Of a DNA stretch of 64,000 nt, positions 1-7,003 are shown one piece after another (position 1 is the stretch's first letter; each line of letters starts with the position of its first letter). The notes under the pieces are model-generated. The model saw only the letters and a list, made by a program, of their open reading frames with translations, made no database searches and was not told the origin of the DNA. A program made the translations under genes and the position numbers. Source of the stretch: a virus; IMG/VR virus record IMGVR_UViG_3300042389_001478, positions 1-64,000 of that record; one strand, 5' to 3'.

Positions 1-6
1 TGAGTC

Positions 7-34
7 ATTCTACAGGAGTATCGGCTATTGTCAA
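7..34 (-). promoter_or_regulatory. sigma70-type early promoter
   Basis: Minus strand TTGACA-16 bp-TAGAAT with CCGATA in the spacer; its gene lies off the left edge. Confidence 0.7.
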
Positions 35-61
35 TAGATTCGGTAAGAAATTCTCTTTCGT

Positions 62-143
62 CACAATCCTATGCAAGATAAGGACTTACGTCAAATCCGG
101 CTCCCCGCGTCGGCCCTAAGTGCTTGAGCACAAAGGGTTTACG
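62..143 (+). repeat. 82-bp double-dyad element, copy A
   Basis: cacaatcctat-gcaagat-aaggacttacg, 24-bp GC-rich linker, cctaagtgctt-gagcaca-aagggtttacg. The first arm is degenerate. Confidence 0.85.
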
Positions 144-158
144 ACGAGAGATTATTTT

Positions 159-392
159 TTACTCAAAATCAACAAAGATGATTTGAGCATAACCGCGAGG
201 CTTAACGGTATATCCGTCGCCATAGTCAAGTGTATCAGCCTTGACCGCAGTCATACCGGCCAGAGCCTTAGCCTTACGAACAACGCTACGCTGGCTAGCA
301 TTCTTCTTGGGAATGAATTCATAACGATTCACCCAACCAAAGTTAGCTTCGCCATTGAAAACATCCGTGTGTGTAACTAAAACTTTCATCAA
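159..392 (-). CDS. small phage hypothetical protein
   Basis: 77-aa ORF in the strand of the early region; TDVFNGEANFGWVNR motif resembles a recurrent small phage protein family. Confidence 0.7.
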   Translation of the reverse strand: MMKVLVTHTDVFNGEANFGWVNRYEFIPKKNASQRSVVRKAKALAGMTAVKADTLDYGDGYTVKPRGYAQIIFVDFE

Positions 393-406
393 TTATTCTC
401 CCAAAT

Positions 407-416
407 GGTGTAATAA
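407..416 (+). promoter_or_regulatory. candidate late promoter (GTGTAWWWA motif)
   Basis: GGTGTAATAA 40 nt upstream of the HNH ATG; same motif precedes many structural genes. Confidence 0.5.
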
Positions 417-455
417 ACTAATAGACTCACTACTAAACAATCAAAGGAATTAACA

Positions 456-911
456 ATGCAGACAGAAGACGAAAAAAGAGAAAAGAGAAGAATCCGACAA
501 AAACTCTGGAGAGCTAAGACTAGAAAACAACGAAGGGTCAAAGCAAAAGAATACAGACAAAAAAACAGAGAAAAACTACTAGAACAATCTAAACAAAGAT
601 ACCAAACACATAAAACTAGATACCGAGCATACGCTAAAAAAAACGCCAATCAAAAAAGATTAGAAATCCGCACAAAATTCGATGATCTGATGAAAGACAA
701 GGTTTGTAATAGGTGTAAATTTAGTGACACAAGAGCATTAGTATGGCACCACACCGATCCAAAAACTAAGTCTAATGGAATTGGAACTATGGTCGGAACA
801 GGATCAAATTGGAATAAAATCTTAATAGAAATAGCAAAATGTGAATGTTTATGTGCTAATTGTCATACTATACATCATAAAATTCATTCAACTAAAAAGC
901 ACTTCATTTAA
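456..911 (+). CDS. HNH homing endonuclease
   Basis: Basic N-terminal helix, CxxC (CNRC), HH (WHHTDP) and CANCH motif; opposite strand to all neighbours. Confidence 0.85.
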   Translation: MQTEDEKREKRRIRQKLWRAKTRKQRRVKAKEYRQKNREKLLEQSKQRYQTHKTRYRAYAKKNANQKRLEIRTKFDDLMKDKVCNRCKFSDTRALVWHHTDPKTKSNGIGTMVGTGSNWNKILIEIAKCECLCANCHTIHHKIHSTKKHFI

Positions 912-1041
912 CAAGTTCCTTTGCTTTCATGGTTTCAAGATACAACTGTTCCAACATCTTCACACGGCTCACTGCACGATTAGCTTCACGATCCATAAGC
1001 ATAACTGCTTTCTGGTGTGCTGTCAATTCTTTCTTTTTCAT
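904..1041 (-). CDS. 45-aa hypothetical protein (not in ORF track)
   Basis: MKKKELTAHQKAVMLMDREANRAV...ELVK; lies downstream of the promoter at 1088-1115; three further in-frame ATGs up to 1059. Confidence 0.6.
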   Translation of the reverse strand: MKKKELTAHQKAVMLMDREANRAVSRVKMLEQLYLETMKAKELVK

Positions 1042-1087
1042 TTTCATTTTCATTTTCATTTGCTTTCTCTTTTCTTCTTATATCGAC

Positions 1088-1115
1088 ATTTTACCACAAA
1101 AATCTTAGCTGTCAA
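1088..1115 (-). promoter_or_regulatory. sigma70-type early promoter
   Basis: TTGACA-16-TAAAAT with extended TG, followed by GTCGATA. Confidence 0.75.
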
Positions 1116-1326
1116 GGCTAATTTCTACTGGCCTATAATGTTTTTGCATAGCCAGCTTCACTTCATTCAAACCACGATAGTGGCCAACATAGGTCAATTC
1201 TGGTTGCAGATAATACAGAACGAAATGATTCCAGTCGAGAGGCTTCGGAATGTAGACCACTCTAAAACCCATCAACCCAGCATCGAACTCCAAATCATCA
1301 ACCTCATTCTTGCTCAACTGTCTCAT
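1105..1326 (-). CDS. hypothetical protein
   Basis: 73-aa ORF tightly packed with neighbours. Confidence 0.7.
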   Translation of the reverse strand: MRQLSKNEVDDLEFDAGLMGFRVVYIPKPLDWNHFVLYYLQPELTYVGHYRGLNEVKLAMQKHYRPVEISLDS

Positions 1327-1328
1327 TT

Positions 1329-1517
1329 TTATTCCTCAATTTCACTTACATAGCACTCACAACCAAACTCATAGCCAGCCTTACGTTTGGCTTCACTCTC
1401 ACTACGACAATCAACAACCGTACCAAGATGCTTGTTGTCGCTCTTGCGATAGACCACATACACTCCCGTATCATGACGATTGTATGGATTAAAACGACCT
1501 TCGTAATACCTACTCAT
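1329..1517 (-). CDS. hypothetical protein
   Basis: 62-aa ORF with GAGAG-type RBS, downstream of promoter 1554-1582. Confidence 0.7.
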   Translation of the reverse strand: MSRYYEGRFNPYNRHDTGVYVVYRKSDNKHLGTVVDCRSESEAKRKAGYEFGCECYVSEIEE

Positions 1518-1553
1518 TCTTCACTCTCTCTTTCTCTAATACCTTATATCGAC

Positions 1554-1582
1554 ATTTTAGCATACGGATCTTTAGCTGTCAA
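1554..1582 (-). promoter_or_regulatory. sigma70-type early promoter
   Basis: TTGACA-17-TAAAAT followed by GTCGATA. Confidence 0.8.
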
Positions 1583-1591
1583 ATGCAAAGT

Positions 1592-1613
1592 TTTCTTGCA
1601 ATGTCGTAAGGTT
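1592..1613. promoter_or_regulatory. 22-bp dyad (operator or stem-loop)
   Basis: tttcttgc-aatgtc-gtaaggtt, 9 bp upstream of the -35. Confidence 0.65.
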
Positions 1614-1615
1614 GA

Positions 1616-1697
1616 TGTAAAGTATTGCGGCGTAAAGACTTACATCAAAATCGGCCCGCCCCGCCAGCCCTAAGTGCTTACACACAAAGGGTTTAGG
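1616..1697 (+). repeat. 82-bp double-dyad element, copy B
   Basis: tgtaaagtatt-gcggcgt-aaagacttaca, 24-bp linker tcaaaatcggcccgccccgccagc, cctaagtgctt-acacaca-aagggtttagg. Confidence 0.9.
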
Positions 1698-1705
1698 GCG
1701 AGTGC

Positions 1706-2104
1706 TTAGAATTTTCCTCCAAAATCTGGACTAATTCCAAGTTGCTCCTGAACATCCTCATCGTCCAAAGTATCCTCATCCATCATGAAATCCAGATCAT
1801 CAAAGAACATTTCCAGTTCTGGCTTACCACGATTACTCAAGAGAATAACAAAATCATATAAGAGAAAATAAGCTGTAGCTTGCGCCCAAGACTCGACACA
1901 TCCTGAGTGAAGTTCGATAGTATCTCTATTAGAGAAGACATATTCGATAGCTGCACACTTGATGTTATCGTCCATATCACACCATACAGGAATTTGTTCA
2001 TTATACTTATTCAGTTCATATGACAACTCGTTATCTTTTTTCCAATACTTATAGTTCTCGTATGTAGCTTCAATTATGCTAGTGGCAATCTTTCGATATT
2101 GCAT
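1706..2104 (-). CDS. hypothetical protein with acidic C-terminus
   Basis: 132-aa ORF; C-terminal DDLDFMMDEDTLDDED tract. Confidence 0.7.
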   Translation of the reverse strand: MQYRKIATSIIEATYENYKYWKKDNELSYELNKYNEQIPVWCDMDDNIKCAAIEYVFSNRDTIELHSGCVESWAQATAYFLLYDFVILLSNRGKPELEMFFDDLDFMMDEDTLDDEDVQEQLGISPDFGGKF

Positions 2105-2121
2105 TATCCGTTTCCTTTCAA

Positions 2122-2397
2122 TTAGTCGTTATATGGGCCGTCTTCATTGTAATCCACAAACCCCACGGCCTCATCGGCGTGGAAATCTTCTACTCCATCG
2201 TCACCATAGTAACCGTAATCCTCGTCGGTTCCCCATCCAGCGGAAGCCAACGCAGATTCAGCATCGCCATCCATACTATCATCAAATGAATCATCAGAAT
2301 CATTCTCCAAGTCGTCATTTCCAGCCCAATAATCATTAGTACGATCATCAGCGTCGATACCATAAAAATCGTCATGATCGTCATACTCGTAGCTCAT
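2122..2397 (-). CDS. extremely acidic protein
   Basis: 91 aa, D/E-dominated, contains DGDAESALASAGWGTDEDYG; start assigned at MSYEYD. Confidence 0.8.
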   Translation of the reverse strand: MSYEYDDHDDFYGIDADDRTNDYWAGNDDLENDSDDSFDDSMDGDAESALASAGWGTDEDYGYYGDDGVEDFHADEAVGFVDYNEDGPYND

Positions 2398-2399
2398 GG

Positions 2400-2471
2400 T
2401 CAATCCCTCACGATAGTAGTAATGTAAAACAAGCCAACATAGCCCACAACGAAAGCAATCGCACTAAGCAT
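2400..2471 (-). CDS. 23-aa single-TM peptide
   Basis: MLSAIAFVVGYVGLFYITTIVRD; ATG overlaps the stop of the upstream ORF. Confidence 0.4.
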   Translation of the reverse strand: MLSAIAFVVGYVGLFYITTIVRD

Positions 2472-2637
2472 TAGTATACTCCTCGGGAACAAATTCGTCA
2501 ACAGCACCCACAACGTCAGCCCAATCCCAAAAGTTGACTTCCACACTAGGATCGTCGATAGGCTCGACCATCGGCTCAACAATCCCCGCTTCGGCCATGT
2601 CGTTCAGAATGTCGTTGATCTCGTCGAAGTTCAGCAT
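2464..2637 (-). CDS. 57-aa acidic protein (not in ORF track)
   Basis: MLNFDEINDILNDMAEAG...EEYTNA; 16 D/E and no K/R; AAGGA RBS; promoter at 2675-2703. Confidence 0.75.
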   Translation of the reverse strand: MLNFDEINDILNDMAEAGIVEPMVEPIDDPSVEVNFWDWADVVGAVDEFVPEEYTNA

Positions 2638-2674
2638 GATTCTGTTCCTTATGGGTTATCGTTCGTGTGCTGTG

Positions 2675-2703
2675 ATTCTACACTTATTATCGGCCAGTGT
2701 CAA
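2675..2703 (-). promoter_or_regulatory. sigma70-type early promoter
   Basis: TTGACA-17-TAGAAT with CCGATA in the spacer. Confidence 0.8.
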
Positions 2704-2765
2704 GCACCAACTTAGAAAATTCTGGAATATAATTCCATGCCAAAGATGAAAAATTTTGAAGTTGA

Positions 2766-2847
2766 CGTAAAGTGTTGGTAGATAAAGACTTACGCTTCGC
2801 GGGGCGGGCCGGACTCGACGTAAGTCCTTACAGATGAAGGAGATACG
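2766..2847 (-). repeat. 82-bp double-dyad element, copy C (inverted)
   Basis: Same 29-24-29 geometry, but the linker reads ggggcgggcc (reverse complement of ggcccgcccc) and the TTTACG-ending dyad is on the opposite side. Confidence 0.9.
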
Positions 2848-3016
2848 TCATAGCACAACCGATAACAAAACACACCCCCCACAATATGTAGTCACTCGCT
2901 TTCATCATTTTCCTCCATATACATGATATTTGACATACTAGCGTACAGTACAATACCACAAATATAACCGAAAGCGACACTAACGAAATCCAGTTGATAC
3001 ATCCTTGCATCTCCAT
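2828..3016 (-). CDS. small membrane protein
   Basis: 62-aa ORF with two hydrophobic stretches; its 3' end overlaps dyad copy C; start uncertain. Confidence 0.4.
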   Translation of the reverse strand: MEMQGCINWISLVSLSVIFVVLYCTLVCQISCIWRKMMKASDYILWGVCFVIGCAMTYLLHL

Positions 3017-3026
3017 AGTTATTCGG

Positions 3027-3224
3027 TCAATCCCCGTATCCTACCCAGAAATCATCACCCTTATCACTTTTCATAAGAGTATAACCCCTAGATTTCATAT
3101 TCTCATACTCATTTATCCTTTGCCATACTTCGCACAATGTTTCCATAACCTTTAGAAACGCCCCCATAACCCACACAAAAGGATATTCAATCATTCTCAT
3201 AAGCTTTCTCCTGTTCTGCACCAT
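3027..3224 (-). CDS. hypothetical protein
   Basis: 65-aa ORF; true start probably a downstream Met because the promoter at 3223-3251 abuts it. Confidence 0.55.
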   Translation of the reverse strand: MVQNRRKLMRMIEYPFVWVMGAFLKVMETLCEVWQRINEYENMKSRGYTLMKSDKGDDFWVGYGD

Positions 3225-3251
3225 TCTATACTATTGTTATCGGTTCGTCAA
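3223..3251 (-). promoter_or_regulatory. sigma70-type early promoter
   Basis: TTGACG-17-TAGAAT with CCGATA in the spacer. Confidence 0.75.
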
Positions 3252-3324
3252 GGGCTCTGACTTTAGGCTGACTATACCCACCCATCCCAAATCCAGAGGA
3301 TTAGGAGAGACTAACGATCCTTTT

Positions 3325-3498
3325 TTACTTAGCAGCCAGCAACATAGATTCTTCACGCCACCGACGCAATAGTTCTGTTGCAAGATAGGAAATGTGCTGC
3401 TTCCTCAGTTCGATCATTTCGGGATCAGTATCCCTAGATAGCCTGACCTGTTCAAGCCACAAATTGTCTTGCAAAACCCTAGTGGAAAATTGTTTCAT
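3325..3498 (-). CDS. 57-aa hypothetical protein (not in ORF track)
   Basis: MKQFSTRVLQDNLWLEQV...LLAAK; TATAAT box at 3527-3532 upstream. Confidence 0.6.
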   Translation of the reverse strand: MKQFSTRVLQDNLWLEQVRLSRDTDPEMIELRKQHISYLATELLRRWREESMLLAAK

Positions 3499-3559
3499 CT
3501 TAATTCTTTCTTTCTTTTATCCTATCATTATACCAAACTTTTCCGCCGCCGCCAACCCC

Positions 3560-3832
3560 TCAATTGGGGGAGTATGGCATATTCCTCAGACGAGTCTTAG
3601 CCGGAGTTTCACCGGGTCGCGGCATAGACTGGAAATACTTTTGCCACAGACTATCCATCACGAACTGGACAACACGATCATGAGTACCACGACAAACGTA
3701 GTATCCCATGTGAATGTCGAACAGAGCAAACGATCCATCTGCTTGGGGATGGTAGGTAAATCCACACTTGTAGGCATAGCCTTGAATCTTACCCTTGACA
3801 GTTGCAATCTTTGGAGGCTTTCTCATTTTCAT
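3560..3832 (-). CDS. hypothetical protein
   Basis: Start reassigned to MKMRKPPK because a consensus promoter occupies 3855-3883. Confidence 0.7.
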   Translation of the reverse strand: MKMRKPPKIATVKGKIQGYAYKCGFTYHPQADGSFALFDIHMGYYVCRGTHDRVVQFVMDSLWQKYFQSMPRPGETPAKTRLRNMPYSPN

Positions 3833-3854
3833 TCCTTTTCTTTCTTGTCCTATC

Positions 3855-3883
3855 ATTATACCATTATTATCGTCCAATGTCAA
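3855..3883 (-). promoter_or_regulatory. sigma70 consensus promoter
   Basis: Perfect TTGACA-17-TATAAT with CGATA in the spacer. Confidence 0.9.
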
Positions 3884-3903
3884 TAGGGTAGACCAGAAAA
3901 AAT

Positions 3904-3925
3904 TTTCTTACAAAGCTGTAAGGTT
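3904..3925. promoter_or_regulatory. 22-bp dyad
   Basis: tttcttac-aaagct-gtaaggtt. Confidence 0.65.
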
Positions 3926-3937
3926 TGTGGTTAGTTT

Positions 3938-3997
3938 TGGCACAGTATTTGCTATATGCAATTTTCATGCCAAAAAAGTCTGGCATAGCATTTGCTA
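3938..3997. promoter_or_regulatory. cluster of three sigma54 (-24/-12) consensus boxes
   Basis: Plus strand TGGCACAGTATTTGCTA 3938-3954 and TGGCATAGCATTTGCTA 3981-3997; minus strand TGGCATGAAAATTGCA 3957-3972; all GG-N10-GC. Confidence 0.75.
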
Positions 3998-4008
3998 TGA
4001 AGATTCAT

Positions 4009-4090
4009 CGTAAGTTGTTACTACGTAAGCACTTACGTCAAACGCGGCCCGCCCGCCTAGTCGTAAGTCCTTTGGCAGCAAGGGTTTACG
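4009..4090 (+). repeat. 82-bp double-dyad element, copy D
   Basis: cgtaagttgtt-actacgt-aagcacttacg, 24-bp linker, cgtaagtcctt-tggcagc-aagggtttacg. Confidence 0.95.
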
Positions 4091-4227
4091 TCAAGTTTTG
4101 CGTTTCCTGTATATTCGTTCAGTACCCACCCAAACGGGGAGGTATAGCTTAGGGTATAGCTGTACATACGTACTCTTTACCAATCTCTCAGTCTCTAGTG
4201 TAACGTCGTACACTAGTGTAGTATCGT

Positions 4228-4605
4228 TCACTCATCTTCTCCCTTGAAGCTGAACGGACTGAGTTCAAGGTGAGCAACCGCACCATACTGCTTTGTCAGT
4301 TCCTCGACACGTTCACGCGAACCCGGCTTACCAACTGGAACGATCATGGTATCTTGTCCCCCTACATAGCGGGGATTAGCCTTTTCCTTGCGAACCTTTC
4401 CCAGATTCTTCAAGGCAGTACGGTTGAACTTGATAACCTTCTCGCTCACAACGTATCGCTTCTGATCGGTCACGCCATAGACGTAATCGGTATCTTCTGT
4501 GATTCGATCATCGGGAATTTCGACCAGCATCGGGATTGCAATACCCTTGAAAATCATACGGGCTTGACGCTTGGCATTTTCGATGATGGGGAACTTGGTT
4601 TTCAT
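4228..4605 (-). CDS. hypothetical protein
   Basis: Start reassigned to MKTKFP (purine-rich RBS; TATAAT at 4646-4651). Confidence 0.75.
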   Translation of the reverse strand: MKTKFPIIENAKRQARMIFKGIAIPMLVEIPDDRITEDTDYVYGVTDQKRYVVSEKVIKFNRTALKNLGKVRKEKANPRYVGGQDTMIVPVGKPGSRERVEELTKQYGAVAHLELSPFSFKGEDE

Positions 4606-4645
4606 TTTCTTTTCTCTCTTAGGTCTATCGTTCTCTTGTATGTGC

Positions 4646-4673
4646 ATTATACCAAACTGTTTTTCAATGTCCA
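4646..4673 (-). promoter_or_regulatory. sigma70-type early promoter
   Basis: TGGACA-16-TATAAT. Confidence 0.6.
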
Positions 4674-4682
4674 GCGAAAAGT

Positions 4683-4704
4683 TTCCTTACAATTCCGTAA
4701 GGTT
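4683..4704. promoter_or_regulatory. 22-bp dyad
   Basis: ttccttac-aattcc-gtaaggtt; abuts the stop codon of the upstream gene. Confidence 0.7.
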
Positions 4705-4970
4705 CATTCTCCCTCATCTTCACCCCATTCGCCATCGTCAAGGCCCGGAATGTAGTCCCCCTCATCGACACAAGCCTCGCACATCATATCATAGTAGAGA
4801 GCGTTTACGTTGTTCAGAATCTGATTCTCTGAACGAATCCACACCCCATCGTGAATCATTTCTTTCGGCTCAACCTTGAAAGACGATCCGGCTTGAATCA
4901 CTCGCACCTTGTGCGAATCCTTACCGAAAACCTGTCGAACACCAGCCATCACTTTGTCGAGCGTAATCAT
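4704..4970 (-). CDS. hypothetical protein with acidic tail
   Basis: Start reassigned to MITLDK; C-terminus DDGEWGEDEGE. Confidence 0.75.
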   Translation of the reverse strand: MITLDKVMAGVRQVFGKDSHKVRVIQAGSSFKVEPKEMIHDGVWIRSENQILNNVNALYYDMMCEACVDEGDYIPGLDDGEWGEDEGE

Positions 4971-5000
4971 TTTTCTTTCTCCTGTTCTTTCTATATCGAC

Positions 5001-5028
5001 ATTATACCAAAGGATATTTAGGTTGCAA
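5001..5028 (-). promoter_or_regulatory. sigma70-type early promoter
   Basis: TTGCAA-16-TATAAT followed by GTCGATA. Confidence 0.75.
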
Positions 5029-5037
5029 GCGAAAAGT

Positions 5038-5059
5038 TTCCTTACAATTTCGTAAGGTT
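5038..5059. promoter_or_regulatory. 22-bp dyad
   Basis: ttccttac-aatttc-gtaaggtt; 5029-5059 is nearly identical to 4674-4704. Confidence 0.7.
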
Positions 5060-5063
5060 GGAT

Positions 5064-5080
5064 TGGCATAGTATTTGCTA
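5064..5080 (+). promoter_or_regulatory. sigma54 consensus box
   Basis: TGGCATAGTATTTGCTA, exactly 11 nt before dyad copy E. Confidence 0.75.
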
Positions 5081-5091
5081 CGAGAATTTGT

Positions 5092-5173
5092 CGTAAGTCT
5101 TTATCTAGCAAGCACTTACGTCAAGCTCGGCCCGCCCCGCTCGTCGTAAGTCGTTACGAGCTAAGGGTTTACG
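5092..5173 (+). repeat. 82-bp double-dyad element, copy E
   Basis: cgtaagtcttt-atctagc-aagcacttacg, linker tcaagctcggcccgccccgctcgt, cgtaagtcgtt-acgagct-aagggtttacg. Confidence 0.95.
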
Positions 5174-5174
5174 T

Positions 5175-5492
5175 CTAGTATATCAGGTTCATATCGGCCA
5201 CAGTCATACCATCTTCATATGGTGTACCATCGTTCAGGTACCATTCGCCTTTCTTCTGATACACACGTACAGGTGAATACTTGTTCATCCTATCCTTGGT
5301 GGTACTCGTATGCCACCCCCCACTATTGAGGGTAGCACTATTGTCGGGATGAATCCTCACAACAGTTGTGCCATGTAGAATAATCCCTACGCTACCATCT
5401 ACAAGAATTTCCGCATAGGTATTGTTGCCAACCTTACGAGTAGTACGCTTAGTCTTACCATGCACCATCTTAGTAGCTTCGAAGTGTGTCAT
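5175..5492 (-). CDS. conserved-looking phage hypothetical protein
   Basis: 105 aa with LHGTTVV...SGGWHTSTTKDRMN motif typical of a recurring phage early protein. Confidence 0.8.
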   Translation of the reverse strand: MTHFEATKMVHGKTKRTTRKVGNNTYAEILVDGSVGIILHGTTVVRIHPDNSATLNSGGWHTSTTKDRMNKYSPVRVYQKKGEWYLNDGTPYEDGMTVADMNLIY

Positions 5493-5515
5493 ATTCTTTT
5501 CTTTCCTTTTTGGAG

Positions 5516-5629
5516 TTAGTCGTTCAGCATGGAATGGATAGCGTTACCAATCTCATGCACAGTGTAGGTGATAAAGGCACAGCCCGTAATCAGGGCAAAC
5601 AGCTGAACATATTCGATAGTCGTAATCAT
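5516..5629 (-). CDS. 37-aa membrane peptide (not in ORF track)
   Basis: MITTIEYVQLFALITGCAFITYTVHEIGNAIHSMLND fills the gap between two genes. Confidence 0.55.
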   Translation of the reverse strand: MITTIEYVQLFALITGCAFITYTVHEIGNAIHSMLND

Positions 5630-5639
5630 TAGAAGTCTT

Positions 5640-5837
5640 TCAATATTTGATAAGCTGATTTGCAACATTAAACCGAATCAATCCAGATACACTACGATTA
5701 GCCAAGAGGCTATCGGTAACATTCTTTCCATCCCGTAGGATGGTTTGAATCACAAAGGAACCACTAGGATAAACCTTGAAGGTTGCAGTGGTGTTGCCAA
5801 ACTTCATCGTATGCCAAGTTTCGTATCCAAAATTCAT
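5640..5837 (-). CDS. hypothetical protein
   Basis: 65-aa ORF downstream of promoter 5866-5895. Confidence 0.65.
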   Translation of the reverse strand: MNFGYETWHTMKFGNTTATFKVYPSGSFVIQTILRDGKNVTDSLLANRSVSGLIRFNVANQLIKY

Positions 5838-5865
5838 TTTCTTTTTCCTTTTCTCTTGTTTCTCT

Positions 5866-5895
5866 ATTATACAGTATCGGTTATTCTCTTGTCAA
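5866..5895 (-). promoter_or_regulatory. sigma70-type early promoter
   Basis: TTGACA-18-TATAAT with CCGATA in the spacer. Confidence 0.8.
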
Positions 5896-5901
5896 CTCTT
5901 G

Positions 5902-5923
5902 AACCTTGCAATATCGTAAGGTT
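5902..5923. promoter_or_regulatory. 22-bp dyad
   Basis: aaccttgc-aatatc-gtaaggtt; overlaps the stop of the upstream gene. Confidence 0.7.
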
Positions 5924-6126
5924 CAGATTCTCCACTCAACAAACTTGAGGGTGAACACTTGACCAGGATATTTGCTAGCGATATACGCTTGTGCAGTTTC
6001 CTTACGGTTATCGTCAGCACTAACGCCTTGAACAACCTTTCCATCAATCGTCACACTCCAAATCTTACGCTTACGAATCCTAGGGAGCGAAGCGATGAAA
6101 CCGTTGATGCTAGTAGTCTTTTCCAT
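5923..6126 (-). CDS. hypothetical protein
   Basis: Start reassigned to MEKTTS; promoter at 6169-6196. Confidence 0.7.
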   Translation of the reverse strand: MEKTTSINGFIASLPRIRKRKIWSVTIDGKVVQGVSADDNRKETAQAYIASKYPGQVFTLKFVEWRI

Positions 6127-6168
6127 TTTTCTTTTTCTCTTTCTTTCTCTCTTACTTCTTATATCGAC

Positions 6169-6196
6169 ATTATACCATCGATTCTTTAGATTGCAA
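6169..6196 (-). promoter_or_regulatory. sigma70-type early promoter
   Basis: TTGCAA-16-TATAAT-GTCGATA; region is near-identical to 7268-7312. Confidence 0.75.
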
Positions 6197-6260
6197 GAGA
6201 AAAATTTCAAGAATATTGTCAAGAGATTTTGACAAAACTTTTCTCAATTTTGAATACGAT

Positions 6261-6304
6261 TGGCACAGTATTTGCTACGTGCAATTATGGCACAGCATTT
6301 GCTA
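6261..6304 (+). promoter_or_regulatory. two tandem sigma54 consensus boxes
   Basis: TGGCACAGTATTTGCTA 6261-6277 and TGGCACAGCATTTGCTA 6288-6304; the second is 11 nt before dyad copy F. Confidence 0.75.
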
Positions 6305-6315
6305 TGCTGATTCGT

Positions 6316-6397
6316 CGTAAGTCGTTATCTCATAAACACTTACGTCGATTTTGGCGCCGCAAATTTGTCGTAAGTCGTTTAGCAGCAAGGGTTTACG
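6316..6397 (+). repeat. 82-bp double-dyad element, copy F
   Basis: cgtaagtcgtt-atctcat-aaacacttacg, 24-bp linker, cgtaagtcgtt-tagcagc-aagggtttacg. Confidence 0.95.
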
Positions 6398-6492
6398 TCA
6401 AGTCTGCTAGTGTACAAGCATATTCCCTATAACCATGCCCAGTCTGTACATAAGAACAGTTAGTAGTATACATCCGATCATATCTACAACAA

Positions 6493-6672
6493 TCATACAA
6501 GCGCCTCCGCCTTAGCCTGTAGAGATTCCACAAGTGCCCAGCATTCATTGAACGTGATATGTCGAGCGATCACCACTCCACCATACCATACCTCATAGCG
6601 ATCACCAGCACGATTCGAAGTATTCCAGTAGATCATTTTTTCTTCGTAGTATTTTGTATCGTTCGTATTCAT
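6493..6672 (-). CDS. hypothetical protein
   Basis: Start reassigned to MNTNDTK (AAGG RBS; promoter 6695-6723). Confidence 0.65.
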   Translation of the reverse strand: MNTNDTKYYEEKMIYWNTSNRAGDRYEVWYGGVVIARHITFNECWALVESLQAKAEALV

Positions 6673-6694
6673 CGCTTGGTTTCCTTGTGCTTGT

Positions 6695-6723
6695 ATTCTA
6701 TACATCGGCCGTTTAGCTGTCAA
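6695..6723 (-). promoter_or_regulatory. sigma70-type early promoter
   Basis: TTGACA-17-TAGAAT with CCGAT in the spacer. Confidence 0.8.
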
Positions 6724-6902
6724 GCGTTAGCCAAATATTCACAAGATACACACTTGTCAAGGTACATTGAACGATACCCTACCCCGTCAACCTTCAGGGT
6801 AAACAGCAAACGGTATCCATGCATATACTTGATGGAAACGATTTCTCCAACAAACTTTTCACCCGTTTCGTATTCGACCGCAACATTGTATCCGATTTCC
6901 AT
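6720..6902 (-). CDS. small beta-barrel-like hypothetical protein
   Basis: Start reassigned to MEIGYNVAVEYETGEKFVGEI (SH3/Sm-like pattern); promoter 6942-6969. Confidence 0.65.
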   Translation of the reverse strand: MEIGYNVAVEYETGEKFVGEIVSIKYMHGYRLLFTLKVDGVGYRSMYLDKCVSCEYLANA

Positions 6903-6941
6903 TTTCTTATCCTCTTTAGTGTTCTTCGTTCTTCTGTCTCT

Positions 6942-6969
6942 ATTATACATATCGGCTTTTGGGGGTCAA
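6942..6969 (-). promoter_or_regulatory. sigma70-type early promoter
   Basis: TTGACC-16-TATAAT with CCGATA in the spacer. Confidence 0.75.
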
Positions 6970-6976
6970 TAGCTTG

Positions 6977-6998
6977 AACCTTACAATCTCGTAAGGTT
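6977..6998. promoter_or_regulatory. 22-bp perfect dyad
   Basis: AACCTTAC-aatctc-GTAAGGTT. Confidence 0.75.
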
Positions 6999-7003
6999 GA
7001 GTC

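Noticed and set aside
1039-1059. (ATGAAA)4 microsatellite at a gene start
   Set aside because: In-frame hexamer that only changes the number of MK repeats, so no phase-variation effect.
4195-4216. Hairpin CTAGTGTA-N6-TACACTAG
   Set aside because: Single copy with no U-tract; may be a weak terminator but is unsupported.
6216-6235. TTGTCAA-N6-TTGACAA dyad
   Set aside because: Single occurrence that can be read as back-to-back -35 hexamers.
1592-6998. 22-bp AAC...GTT dyads as integron attC sites
   Set aside because: Too short for attC, no RYYYAAC/GTTRRRY cores or extrahelical bases, and no integrase in the window.
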